The translations under genes and the position numbers were made by a program. Of a stretch of DNA of 64,000 bases, positions 47,474 to 59,627 are shown in pieces. The stretch is taken from assembly GCA_036867785.1 (NCBI GenBank), contig CP145422.1, positions 62,001-126,000 on the forward strand, read 5' to 3'. The notes under the pieces were generated by a model, which was given only the letters and a program-made list of their open reading frames with translations, ran no database searches and had not been told where the DNA came from. Numbering within the stretch: position 1 is the stretch's first letter; every line of letters starts with the position of its first letter. The stretch comes from Plasmodiophora brassicae. Lineage: Eukaryota.

Positions 47474-48785
47474 ATGGGCGCCCCCTCGTTGCATTGCAAA
47501 CTGGCTCCCCTGCGCCTGCTGGCGTTTTGTTTGATCACGGTGTCGTTGGGAGATGGTCAGAGCCAGAAGGGCGATACGCCCCCGAAACACATGCGGGCGT
47601 TCCTGAGGGGATCAGTTCCAACAGTATACGCCATGCGTCCCTCGACGGACAGGATCCTGATATGTTGTCCTTAGTTTGGAAGCAGACGACAGGTTCCTAG
47701 GTAATTCTGTGTGTTTATTGGTATATAACCGATCAGCCGTCGGGCAGATCACGGTTAGTGGTGGAAATAAACAGGCTCGTTGTCGCCCGACGCAACGGAT
47801 GCGCTTCGACGGGTCATTGCGTGGCGAGTAGGCGACAGTGCGCGTGGTGCCCGAGGCGCTCGCCCGGCGACTGGCATCGCCAGTTGGCCCTGCGCGATTC
47901 TCCAGTCGCGTCGGGTGACGCAAAGCGTGTTTATTTCACCAATAAATCCGGTACCAAAGTAGAATACAACATGCCAGATTTGGCAATGCTCCCTCAGGAA
48001 CGCCCGTATGTGTCCCCATGGGCGTCTCGTCCTTTTCGCGCTGCACAATACCAAACTGGTTCTATTAGATCGGGATGTATGTTCACGTTCCTGGATCGCA
48101 CAAGTATTTCTATGAGCGCCTCTTCTGTGTCCGTCTCGCATCGAGGCATGGATGAAACTTATGGAAGCGCTATGCATGTCAACACGGGGTCCGCGGCGCC
48201 TCGGCTGAGGTATTAAAACTTTATGTATGGTGCCATTAGTGGGTGATGACTACAGTTGGTGCTCCAGTTGCGACCCCAGTTCCGAATATCCCTGCGGCAG
48301 TGGGAACCCTCTCTTGTTGGGATAGGGTCGATATTCACCCATGGATCTAGCGTCCAATAGCATGGTAAGTTGTGGATTTTGGTGACGATACGTCGAAGCC
48401 AGTCACGTTAATTATCAAACGGCGTACGAGGCTGGATCCTCCATCATCTTATCACGAAGGACTGGCAGGCGGCCATGGAAGACCCGTACTGGACACTGGA
48501 CAGTCAACTACGTGAACGTTTTCGATTCGTTCGCTGAGGCGGCACGTATTCCGCTCGACAATCATGACGCAATGGCTCACCCGATTGGCCGCTTCGATGG
48601 ATTCGGTCATATTAGGCTCGGTTGCCGTCTACTTCCAGGATGATGGGACAGGCACCCGTATCCAATGCCCGCTCCTATACGTCGGTACGTTGCCGTCGAC
48701 AAGGACCGGCGTGCTGTCCATCGCGTCCAGTATGCATCTTTTCAAGGGCAAACGCATGGCCATATGGTTTAGTTTGACCTACTAA
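47474..48785 (+). CDS. Hypothetical multi-exon secreted protein (structure uncertain)
   Basis: Signal-like MGAPSLHCKLAPLRLLAFCLITVSLG followed by several plausible short GT-AG introns; no recognised domain. Confidence 0.3.
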
Positions 48786-49151
48786 CTTGATTAAACAATT
48801 TACGTCAATCAGGTCTGCCGTCGTCCAGAGACGTTCCACGGGCACTTGCAACGAATGCATCGCCGGGACCCTCGTCGTCTTATCTGTCCGTGCCCTACAT
48901 ATGTACATACGCTGCGAGGTGCCGCAGCCCGGACTCTTTACAGCTCCACATGCAGAGAGTGCATCGTCGCCTAAATCGTCACGCGTAGCACCCCAGATGT
49001 GACACAAACATGACCTTCTCACTATGTGTGGGGCGACCTGGCAACCTTGTGTCTCCGAATCCATACATAGGGGAACCGGCTGCGTCTATGATGCGATGGC
49101 GACAGTGACACGTTCGTGCTGCAGTCACAGTTCGCCTTGTCGTCCACCGGC

Positions 49152-49776
49152 ATGGCGGAAGGGTCCGATGCTGGTAGAGCAGAGTTCGCGGCGCGTTTCC
49201 AGGAAAAGGCCGACTTCAACCAATACTGGTGGCCGGTACCCTGGTGGACACTGCACTACAGGAGGCTCATTCTTCCCAAACAGGTACTCGCCTGCAACGA
49301 TCAAGACTGTTGTCGACGTGCTGCAGACGTCCAACATCGACAGGTGCGCGTTCCTGTCGACTCCTTCCATCTTCTACTCGTTGACGGACAAGAACCTCGC
49401 CAACGGGTCCGTCCTGTTCGACCTTGACGATGCGTTCCGGAATGACAGTCGCTGGGTGCGCTACGACTACAAGGACCCTCTGGCCTTACCGAACACTGCC
49501 GTCGGCGCTTTCGACGCGGTCGTCATCGACCCGCCGTTCATCACCAAAGGCGTCTGGGAGCGCTACGCGAGCACCGCCAAGCGCCTGCTCCGGGACGGCG
49601 CCGCGACCCGAATCCTGTTGACGACGACGGCCGAGAACGGGGACCTGGTCGGCAACCTGCTCGGCGTGCACCGTGTCCCATTTCAGCCCTGCATCCCGCA
49701 TCTCGTCTACCAGTACGACATGTACGCGAACTGGGACCACCACCTGCTGAACCAGCCCAACGACGAGTTGCTATAA
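49152..49776 (+). CDS. EEF1AKMT1: eEF1A lysine methyltransferase 1 (N6AMT2/Efm5-like), one intron
   Basis: EKADFNQYW|YS..TI, AFLSTPSIF, RYDYKDP, FDAVVIDPPF. Confidence 0.8.
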
Positions 49777-49939
49777 ACAGAACGGCCCGCGTTCCCGCGG
49801 AATTGCACACAAACCAGGCTGGTCGGAGCGGCGTTAAGAACTGAATCGAAGGCTGATTTTATAAGCAGCAAAGCTGGCCCAGATGGCCGGCGACAGGCAT
49901 GGCAGAGAAATTCGACCGCAGGGTAGGCAGCGGGACCGA

Positions 49940-51558
49940 CTACGCCGTCATGTACGTGCTCGAATCAATCTTGTCGGGGAGCTCCGTGATCTCGACCTCG
50001 AACCTGGACTGGACCTGCTCCAGGACGGCCGAATCCTCTTCGCTGCTGACGAACGAAATCCCGAGACCCTTCGTGCCGAATCGCCCGGCACGACCGACTC
50101 GGTGCAGGTACGTGTCGCTGTCCTTCGGCATGTCGTAGTTGATGACAATGTTGACGCGTTCAATGTCGACACCGCGGCCGAAGATGTCGGTGGAGACCAG
50201 GATACGGGACTTGTACTCCTTGAACTTGTTGTACTTCTCGATACGCTCCTCCTGCTTCATGCGGGAGTGGATGCACATGGACGGGAACGCGCAGTCGTTC
50301 AGCAACTTGTTCAGCTCGGACGCGCGGTGCACAGAGTTCACAAAGATGACGACCTGGGCGAGACAGGGACGGAGTGTTTCAGGCACAACGGCTTATCCGG
50401 GCGAGACGCGGGACCCGCACCTGGTTGAACTCGAGATCATCAAGCAATTGGTTTAACCTTCTGTTCTTCTGCGACTCGCTCAGCTTCACGTAGTGCTGCT
50501 GCAGGCCGTGCAGCGTCAGCTTGGACTCGTCGTCGACGAAGATCTCCAACGGGTGCTGCGCAAACCGACGGCACACGGCTCGCATCTCCTTCGATATCGT
50601 CGCCGAGAAGAGCATCACCTGTGGACTTGTCAGGACTACTGTTCTGTAAAACACACACACCAAACAGCCGTTGACTGACCTGCTTCTCGTGCGGCGTGTG
50701 CTTGAAGATCGCTTGGACATCCTTGCGCATATCAAGCGACTCGAGCAACGAGTCGCACTCATCCATGACGAAGCGTTTCAGCTTGTCGAGTTTGAGTGCG
50801 CCCTCGTTGGCGAGGGCCAGCGTGCGCCCGGGCGTGCCAACGACAATGTGCGGCGTGTCCTCCTTCAGCATGCGGCGGTGCTCGCGGATACTGATCCCGC
50901 CAAACAGGACGGCGACCTTGACGTCCGGGAAGTACTTACTGAACCGTTCGAACTCCTGGCAGATCTGGTACGCGAGCTCGCGCGTATGGCACAGCACCAA
51001 CGTGTCGACGACGCCCGGCTCCGGTTCCAGCTGCTGCAGGACGGCAAGCACAAACACGGCCGTCTTCCCCATACCAGACTTTGCCTGGCAGACAATGTCC
51101 ATGCCCAGGATCGCCTGCGGGATACATTCGTGCTGCACTGTGGAAACACACGGGGGCCATCAATGCGTCGGCAGCGAGGCGACGTCAGCAGCAAATGGGT
51201 ACCTTCGGACGGGTGCTCAAACCCGCAGTCTCGAACGGCGCGCAGCAACTCGGGCTTGAGAAGGAAGTCGCGGAAACCAGACGCGTGAATGCCGGAATAT
51301 GATCCCCTAGTGGTACGATGAATGGCGCGTGTTGGTCGGATGTTGTGGCACGGGCAGAACGCCGGTCGAAAACAAAAGGAATGGTACGCACGCGACCGCC
51401 CGGACGACGAACCGTCGCGGGCGGCCGGTGGTGGTCCTCGTCGACGACTCGTCTTACTTTTTAAGTTCCTTGACACCGGCCGCGCCCTGCACCGGCTCGG
51501 CAACGTCCTCCTCCTCGTACTCGACGAGGTCCTCGTCGTTCAGCGCCTTGTCCGCCAT
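49940..51558 (-). CDS. UAP56: DECD-box RNA helicase UAP56/Sub2, spliced
   Basis: [51 protein letters not shown]. Confidence 0.96.
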
Positions 51559-52174
51559 GACTGCTCGTTCCGTCTTCCGTCCCACACGCCGACGACCGCC
51601 GAATTCGCGTATGGCCACATGTCCGCGACCGTCGCCACGGACTTCGGTCCCAGCGTCCCGTCAGAGGCCGCGCCGCCCGGCCACGCCGCCTCACGCGCCG
51701 CCGCCCCGGACGGTGCTGCGGGCAGCTGCGCACTGTAAGTGGACGACTACCTGTCGACCACGCACGCCCAGACGGAGAGAGCTGCATCCGCCCAGTCGCG
51801 CATGACGCGTGTCTGCCAGCCGCGCTGGACGGTGAGCTGGGCAGTCGCGCACGACAGCGAACTGCACTGCGTCCCGTCAGTCACGGGATCATTCGTCAGG
51901 ACTACTGCGGGCGCCGCGATGCGACTCGTCCGCAGGCTGTCAACGCAGACGGCGTCCGTCGCTGACGCACGGGCAGTCGAGGCAACGACATGGCCAGGGG
52001 CACCGCCGTCCGACTGCGCCGACGCGATCCCGACCTGTCACAGTTTGTACCTACCATTGTGTTTACATGGGGGACGCTCGTCGGGACGTGCGTCTGCGTT
52101 CGCGCAAGGCACGCGCCGGTGCCCCTGCCCGTCATGGATACCGCGGGATCGCAACGTACCCGCTACCGGCGCCC

Positions 52175-53579
52175 ATGTCGTCGCCGCCGGATCACTCGCA
52201 GGCGACCTGGCGCAGCGGCGTCTTCGCCGACTGGAACATTGTCGTCGGCGGGCGGGCGTTCGCCGTGCACCGGTTCGCGCTGAGCGTCGGGCCGCGATCC
52301 TCCGAGGTCCTCTACCGCCTGTTCCTGCACGACTCGTTCGGCGACCACCATGACCGGACGACCAGCATCGACCTGGAACACACGTGCAGCAGGAGCGTCC
52401 CGCTGCCCGTGCTCCAGGTCCGTCCCGACGCCGTCTCCAACGTGATCGGCGCCATTGCTGACCCTGGCACAGGAGCGCTTCGCCAACGCGTTCGACTGCG
52501 TCCTTGCCTACATGTACGACGGCGACCTGTCGTTCAGCGTCGACCTCTGCGTCCCCGTCTGGCGCCTGGCCGACTACCTGTGCTTGCCGCACCTCGTCGA
52601 CCACGTCGCCGAATACGTCCAGCGGAACGCCACCGTCGACAACGTCGCCTCGTTGCTGGCCGACGCCACCGCCTTCGCCGTCGACGACGTCGTGGAGATC
52701 TGCGCCGGGCGCATCGCGAAACGCTTCGTCGCCGTCGGCGTCGACGTCTGGTCCAGACTGCCGCCTGAGTTCGTCGGGCGCGTCCTGCGATCGCCGCGCC
52801 TCGCCGGGCCGCACAACCTGGCCAGTCAGCGCCTGGCCGCGTACTTCCAGAGGAACACGCACGCCAGGCGCGAGGTGTACTACGTGCGTCAGCTGGTGCG
52901 CGCGTTGCTGGAAAACCCGCGCCAGGAGATCGTGCCCAGGGACGGCCTGTACTTCCTGTCGTTGCTGAAGACGGCGGTGAACACGACGGACCCGCTGATC
53001 GTGATCGTCGCCAGCCACTTCAACCACCTGCGCGCGGGCATCTTGAGCCTGGCGCCGCGGGCGCTGACAATGGTCGTCCTGAGCCCGGCGCTGAACGCGA
53101 ACGCGTTCCTGCTGAACCGGTCGCTGCTGTCGTACTGCCAGGCGGTGTTCAACCAGATGGCCAGCGCCGACCTCGCCATGCTGCTGTCCGTCGCCAACGC
53201 GTCCACGCGGCAGCAGGTGACGACGCTGGCGTTGTGCGTCATGTTCTTCTCCAACGTCGAGTACGGCGCCGACGGGGCGCAAGCCGTCGTCGACGTCTGC
53301 GTCGAATCGCTGAGCGCGGTGGATGATCGCCCGGTGAGGGCCGTCGGCGAGGACGGACGCCAGTTCCATGGACGAGGCGCCGGCCTATGGGTCCAGGTCG
53401 ACGGGTCGAAAGCGACGGGGCTGGCGCTGGAGGCCCCAACACAGGCCACAACGGAGCACGATGCCCTGCTCTGGGTCATTGACGCCCGTCGACACGGCGG
53501 CCTCGAGGCGCAGCACGTTGGCGTTAAATTCGAGGGCAATGACGATGATAACGATGATGTTGCCGTAATCACTGTCTAA
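52175..53579 (+). CDS. BTB/POZ (BACK-like) domain protein, one intron
   Basis: FADWNIVVGGRAFAVHRFALS, FDCVLAYMYDG, LADYLCLPHL. Confidence 0.82.
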
Positions 53580-53653
53580 ACGCAGAGCGTTTGCCGAAGA
53601 ATGGGACGGCGCGTAATGATCTCCGTTACATTATTGGAAGGTAGAGGCGGTCG

Positions 53654-54046
53654 TCAGGTGGTCCACCGGTTGGACCATCGACCGTCGACCTTGGTGGTAT
53701 CCCGTGGGTCAGCATTCGCCTGCGTATTATCGCTGCTATCGCTACTGAAGCGCGTGTTCTGCGCCCGCGACCAGGATTCGTACAGCACCTTGACGACATC
53801 AGCCAGCTGAGCAACCACTGTCAGACCGGTATAGGCACGATACGCCACGGTAACCGGAGCGCTGACCTTCATTCGTCGTTCGGTGAACGACGTGGTCACC
53901 GCGGCGGGCACAGACGGGCGGCGCCCGCGCTGAACAGTCTCCCAAGAACAATCCGATGTGCCGTCGGCGTCGGCGCCGATCCACTGGCGGTGCACGGCTT
54001 CCCAGTGCGCCACACCTGACGTCGGCCGATGCGCCCCATTGGACAT
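53654..54046 (-). CDS. Small DUF4050/Gag1-clamp-like protein, one intron
   Basis: GVAHWEAVHRQW ... F.ERRMK|LADVVKVLYESW pattern. Confidence 0.5.
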   Translation of the reverse strand: MSNGAHRPTSGVAHWEAVHRQWIGADADGTSDCSWETVQRGRRPSVPAAVTTSFTERRMKVSAPVTVAYRAYTGLTVVAQLADVVKVLYESWSRAQNTRFSSDSSDNTQANADPRDTTKVDGRWSNRWTT

Positions 54047-54331
54047 CAGCACGACAGCAACATACAGCCCGCGCTCCGCTGCCAAGTGCCGCGGACGGTC
54101 TTCCGAACGGCGCCCCGTCCAGACCAGCGCCGTGGACGGACATCCCAAAAATAGTCAGCACAAGTCGGCTCGCAAACAGTCGGCGCCGCTTGCGATTCGA
54201 AGATTGGTCGCGGCACCCGATCAGCAAAGGTGGTCCAGCAATGCCCCACGCCGGCTGCATGTCGTACCTTCTGAGTCGCGAACCGTGTATCACAGTGCAT
54301 ACAGGGGAACGGGAGTTATGCACTGAAGAGC

Positions 54332-54673
54332 AATAATTAGCCAAGGGGATACGTTTCCTCCATATTGCCCGGCCGGTGCCAGCACCTCTCTTTTTCGAGG
54401 ATAATGGTCTGTCCACGAGGGCAGAAAACGCGGGCGTTTGCTGGCGGACAGAGTCTTCACTGACCGCCACTCCAGCTGTGACCAGAGCGAGTGCTTCTCC
54501 TCCGATCAGCCGCGGCTCTTGTCAGAACGCAGGGCCCAACCAGCTCTTGCCCCGACGCCAGCTGGAGAGCTCTCGTGGACAGACTATTATCGTCCTCGAT
54601 AAGGAGAGGTGCTGGCACCGGACAATATGGAGGAAACGTATCCAGCTTTTTTCACCTTGGATTGCTAAGTATT
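54332..54673. mobile_element. MITE-like foldback element with ~90-100 bp imperfect terminal inverted repeats
   Basis: ggatacgtttcctccatattg..ccggtgccagcacctctc..gtctgtccacgag versus ctcgtggacagac..gagaggtgctggcaccgg..caatatggaggaaacgtatcc. Confidence 0.7.
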
Positions 54674-54703
54674 AAACGGAACAACGTATTCAGCACAAGT
54701 GAT

Positions 54704-54740
54704 TAACGCCTGAACGGGCGCGGGGCGCGTTCAGGCGTTA
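54704..54740. repeat. Perfect 13-bp stem-loop
   Basis: taacgcctgaacg-(11 nt)-cgttcaggcgtta. Confidence 0.8.
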
Positions 54741-55156
54741 CAGTACAGATAAACCACACGCAGACCCCAGACTCCAGCCGCCCAAAGAGGCGCTGCGATC
54801 AACGCAATGGAGATGGACACGAGACGCCGTCGGCTGCTGGTGATGGGCCTCAAGTCATCCGTGCAACGTGGCGATTATCTGATGCGCGAGGCAAGGATGA
54901 CCGCATGACAGCCCTCCAAAACCCGGTCGACTGCTATGTTGGTGCAGTACGTTTTTCGTAATACAGCTACGCCAATGCATGCTAGAAGACAAATCGAACC
55001 GACTGTACCGACTGGCACGATCTACATCGACCTTACATATCAACGGCTGGAACACCATCTCGAATCTGCTCACAAACGAAATGCCCGGCAAGCCCGGCAG
55101 CTGGGCTTCTCGCACTCCGTCACGGCATCCGAAGCACGGCACAGATGCATTCCCTG

Positions 55157-56329
55157 CAAGGTTGCGAGTTATAATAGGCCGCCGTGTGGACTTAGTTATA
55201 ACTAGTTATAACTAATTTGTAACTAGTTATAACTAAAAGTTACAATTCAAGTCATCGCATATGGGGTTTAGAATACTGGGACAGGGGAGAGAGAGTCTAA
55301 CGTAGTTGCGTTTATTGGGATCGGGGAAACAGCGGCGGTACCTCATTGTCATTGTTGAATATGTCCATTAACGATCGTTTCATCCCACCGACGTTGTTCA
55401 GCTTGTTGACGTGCTCCTGGGAAACGCTGCTGTCGTTAACAACAGGCAAGGATGGCAGGTCATCCGCAAACAGCTCGTCAGGAACAGGGTCCACGACGCT
55501 GACGGATCCAGTTTCCATGCGTACGTCGCCACAGAATCGCTTGCCAACGCAGCATCGTCGATTTCGTCCTCGCCATCAGGAGCCTCTTCGCCACCGTCGG
55601 GTTACGTTGTGAAGACAACGAATATACAGGAATCGGACAGGACACCGAAGCCGACGTCGCCGAACTCGGTGCGTTAGATGCCAAAGCTGACGCTAAGCTC
55701 GAAGAGCCCATGTCGATAAGGCGGGGCAGTTCCCGAGCAGCGATTATTCGGTTCCGCTGGAACCGAAGATGGAGCCTTCAGCATGCGAGCACGTGTGCTC
55801 GGACGAGCGGAATGCCATCACACAACGGCTACACTGGACAAGGTTGTAGTTGGCCGACTTGCGTCCGGTTCGCATGAAATTCTCGGCGATGAACGGGTCC
55901 TCCTTACGACCGACCGCTTTCGATTGATGCACCCTGTAATTTGAACATGATCAATACTTGCGAATAAACATGTTCATAAGCCAACGCGTACGAATTGCCG
56001 CCAATGGGTAGTGAGTTGGGGAGGCCATTGTACGAAGTCATGGTCACAGACTGTGCGTCTCAGTCACTCTGTGAAGTCGACGCTCCAAGCCTCCAACCCC
56101 AAGCCTCGCAAACACGGACACCGGACAGCTGCAGTCTGCAGTTGCCGCCTGCCGGCACCCCTTGGTGCGCATATCGTGGGAGCGCCCCCCCCCCCCCCCC
56201 CCCCCCCCCCGCTCCCCTACTTAAGGCAGTTATAACTAGCCCCCCTAAATCCGGCCTCGAGTTATAACAAAGTATAACTAATGTAACTAGTTACATCAAA
56301 AAAAGTTATAACTAGATCTCGCAACCTTG
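55157..56329 (-). mobile_element. Internally deleted hAT-like DNA transposon
   Basis: 12-bp TIR CAAGGTTGCGAG/CTCGCAACCTTG; 7-bp TSD TTCCCTG (55150-55156 and 56330-56336); subterminal agttataact palindromes; BED-finger-like remnant GRKEDPF..F...VQCSRC. Confidence 0.8.
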
Positions 56330-56521
56330 TTCCCTGGGAGAAACTTGATAGCCTCCTTTCTTTCCCTGGGAGAAACTTGATAGCCTCCTTTCTTTCCCCG
56401 GGAGAAACTTGATAGCCTCCTTTCTTTCCCTGGGAGAAACTTGATAGCCTCCTTTCTTTCCCCGGGAGAAACTTGATAGCCTCCTTTCTTTCCCTGGGAG
56501 AAACTTGAAAGCCTCCTTGCC
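56330..56521 (+). repeat. Minisatellite, six 32-bp units
   Basis: ttccc(t/c)gggagaaacttgatagcctcctttct repeated head-to-tail with no spacers; last unit degenerate. Confidence 0.95.
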
Positions 56522-56557
56522 CTTGGTGCGCTTGCGCGCGCAACGTGCAATTTTTTA

Positions 56558-57400
56558 CAGTAACGGAGCGCAATGAACAATGAAACGCAACGGAGCGCAA
56601 TGCCGCATTGCGCGTGTTTTCTAATTCGCGGGTGTGACCCCTGCACTGTTGAACTGGACGGCGGGTGCGGTCCACGGAGACGGCGCACATTTTTGATTGC
56701 AGCTCAATGGGAAAGGACCACGAAGGCGTCGCCAGGCGACCCTGCCTATACACACCGTCAAGCAAAAGCGGTCCATTGTTCCTTCGGCCACAGCTCGGGG
56801 CAACATCAAAGCCACTGCTCGTGAGTATCAAATCAAACCCTGCCAGATTCGTGGCTGGCGGCGTAACCTGATGAGTCCGACCAATCAAACGTCGAGCGAG
56901 AGCAGCGATGAATTAGGGAGCATTCAGTTCAAACCATTCAGAACGCGAATGTCTAGGCGAAGGACCAGGTCTCACGGGAGAACGTTCACGTTACCAGAAG
57001 ACGTGAAAGACGCCGTTGTGGAACACGTCAAGTACCTTGCCAGTTTGTGATCTGAACGTTAACGTCAGAGCTGTTCACCGGTTCGTCACATCGTAAGTTA
57101 ACCAGTACGGTCAGTTAAACACTTATTACTTATTCATGTGCGCCGCAGACGGTGTCCTCAGTACGCCGCCTCCATCACGAATGCGCAGGCGTCCGAGCAG
57201 AAAATACGACGTTATCTGCATCGGAACGCCATGCTGGTCGAGAGACGCTATACTCGGGTTGCGCAGAACACTCGTTACGACGAGAATGTTGTGCGTGACT
57301 ACCTCTCGTAACGACTTCATCAGGGATCTGGAAATCATCGATCCACATCTTCTGCGTAACATGGACGAGACCCCATTGCCGTTCTGGCTCGGAAGGGAGC
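56558..57400 (+). pseudogene. Truncated pogo/Tigger-like transposase (Brinker-type HTH, CENP-B-like region, start of the DDE domain)
   Basis: Putative left end TA|CAGTAACGGAGCGCAATG with an internal repeat; HTVKQKRSIV..ARGNIKATAREYQIKPCQIRGWRR; NMDETP; stops and frameshifts. Confidence 0.75.
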
Positions 57401-57792
57401 TCTTGACCGACGAGAGGTAGTCACGCACAACATTCTCGTCGTAACGATTGTTCTGTGCAACCCGAGTGTAGCGTCTCTCGACCAGCTTGGCGTTCCGATG
57501 CAGATAACGTCGCATTTTCTGCTCGGACGCCTGCGCATTCGTGATGGAGGCGGCGTACTGAGGACACCGTCTGCAGTGCACATGAATAAGTAATAAGTGT
57601 TTAACTGACCGTACTGGTTAACTTACGATGTGACGAACCGGTGAACAGCTCTGACGTTAACGTTCAGATCACAAACTGGCAAGGTACTTGACGTGTTCCA
57701 CAACGGCGTCTTTCACGTCTTCTGGTAACGTAGACGTTCCCCGTGAGACCTGGCCCTTCGCTTAGACGTTCCCGTTCTGAATGATTTGAACT
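56926..57792. repeat. Large inverted duplication (~384-bp arms, ~100-bp loop) of the pogo transposase fragment
   Basis: 56926-57309 is the near-identical reverse complement of 57410-57792. Confidence 0.95.
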
Positions 57793-57884
57793 AGCGCCGT
57801 GGACGGCCATCCGGTAGCCCAATCATCAATCCCGCTACGCATGGTGAAACATATGTGACAAGTGTGATTATGTAAGTATGGATG

Positions 57885-59594
57885 TCACGACCCTGTGGAC
57901 CTGGCCTTCGACTTGGTAGTACCGCAATCGTCAGTAGACGCGTCGCAGCACTTGGAGGCGAATCGCGACGGAAAGAATACGGGCCATCTCGCCAGAAACG
58001 CCTCACGGTTGGAACCGTGATGCCGCTGGAAGCAGGCGACGACAGGCTTCACCGCTGTGCTCTGAAACTGTCGGCACGTTTCCGTCATCTCTTTCGATTG
58101 CCGCTGTTTGAGCTCATCAGCGACACGAAGGACGATGTCCAACCGCTCCCTAGCACTGCCGCAATCTTTCAGCAACCCACGCGATGGCGCATCGAAGGTA
58201 CCCCCGCGACGCTTGGCGACAGGATTCGGCAGTGGCGCTTCCGGCGGAATACTCGCTTGCGGCACAGACCCAACGTTTCGTCGCGCGCGGGCTTGTCCAT
58301 TCACACTATCCTGACCCGGTTGCCCACCTGGATCAGCATCACGAGCAGCACTGCCATCGACGGTGGTGGGAGCGATCGCGTTGTGTGGGGAAGGATGTGC
58401 CTGGACAGACGTCGCGACCTCCAACAGCTTCTTGCTCAACAAGGCTCGCAACTGTTCGGCCTTGTCCGTCGGAACACTCGACAGCAGCTCATCAATCTGC
58501 TGGTCGACATCGTTAGTCGACGGGTTTCGAAGCAGGTTCTCCCCGAAGACCCGTAGCGTGACACGCTCCTCAGAGTTCAAGCCCAGGTCCTTGGACATCC
58601 GATCCGCGAGGTCGAACAGCGTTGTTGCGGTTCTGCACCCGGCAGCGTGTGCAACTCCCATACTATAATTGTCAAGATGAGTAGAACGCCATGGCGACAT
58701 CATAGTCGCGAACTGCTTCAGGTGAGGGTTGAGGCATGCGATGTGGTAGGCCGTGTCCGCGTCTTGATAATACCTCAACGCATTGGGGACCGATGTGTGA
58801 CCAGCGGACATCATCAGGTCGCCGAACGATGCGCCACGCCATCGGCCGTCATGGTAGAGGGACATGCGCATGACGTGCGTCCCCCATGGGCCACCTCGCT
58901 CGAACAGATGAGAGCAAGTGTCACTGACCCACTTGTTGAACGCGCCACACGTGATCGGCTTCGATGGATCTGCCGGGTCATCGCGGAAGATATACTCCTC
59001 CTTGATGGAGAACGCCGCGATATAACCCAGCAGATGCCGGACGGGACACAGAGACGGCATCGCGTCGTTCCGGAACAGAATTCGCGCTCGCCACTGCTGG
59101 TCCTTGCCGAAGACCTTGACCCCAAGGGATTCGACGACCCCATCGTCACGGACCGTTGTCAGCGCTGGTAGGAAGTCGTCACACCGGAGCGAACACAGCT
59201 CCTCAGAACGAAGGCCCAGGTCGATCCCGATCCGAAACATGGCGTACATGCCCAGGTTTCGCCAGTCGTCGCCGCCGGTCTCGAACACGTACCTACGAAG
59301 ACGTGCGACCTCGAACGGCGACAGCGCGCTGTCACCCTGCGGGAGGTAGCCGTCATGTGCTCGCAACGCCTTGCCCATGTCAAGGTGTGCCGACGCGGGT
59401 TGCCAGATCGCCAAATCCGTCGACAATACTGATGGCGTTCCGGCCCGGTAGCGGACTTCCCACTCCCAGTCCTTCGGGGGTGGTTTGTCGCTTAGCGGTG
59501 GCTCGGTGAAGCGTAATTGGTTCAGTAAAACAGCTCCCAGTCGATGCCTTCCTCGTGATATGAAAGACCGCACGTCAACGTTTGGGGAGCACAT
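57885..59594 (-). mobile_element. Crypton-type tyrosine recombinase ORF; catalytic residues intact, N-terminus possibly truncated
   Basis: LGLRSEE (R), VKVFGK (K), CPVRHL, GTHVMR (HxxR), AGH..NALRY (H, Y); C-terminal KRRGG...PVVACFQRHHG..FLARW..F..KCC domain; intronless. Confidence 0.85.
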
Positions 59595-59627
59595 CCAGGG
59601 CTTCGACAGCCGAAACGTCCTCGCGCG

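Noticed and set aside
54704-54750. Helitron 3' end or intrinsic terminator
   Set aside because: The stem-loop is not followed by CTRR or a U-tract.
56330-56521. 32-bp repeats as a CRISPR array
   Set aside because: Units are contiguous with no unique spacers, there are no cas genes, and the context is eukaryotic; it is a minisatellite.
56926-59594. Protelomerase plus hairpin-telomere target site
   Set aside because: The palindrome has a ~100-bp loop and derives from pogo coding sequence; the recombinase looks Crypton-like rather than TelN/ResT-like.
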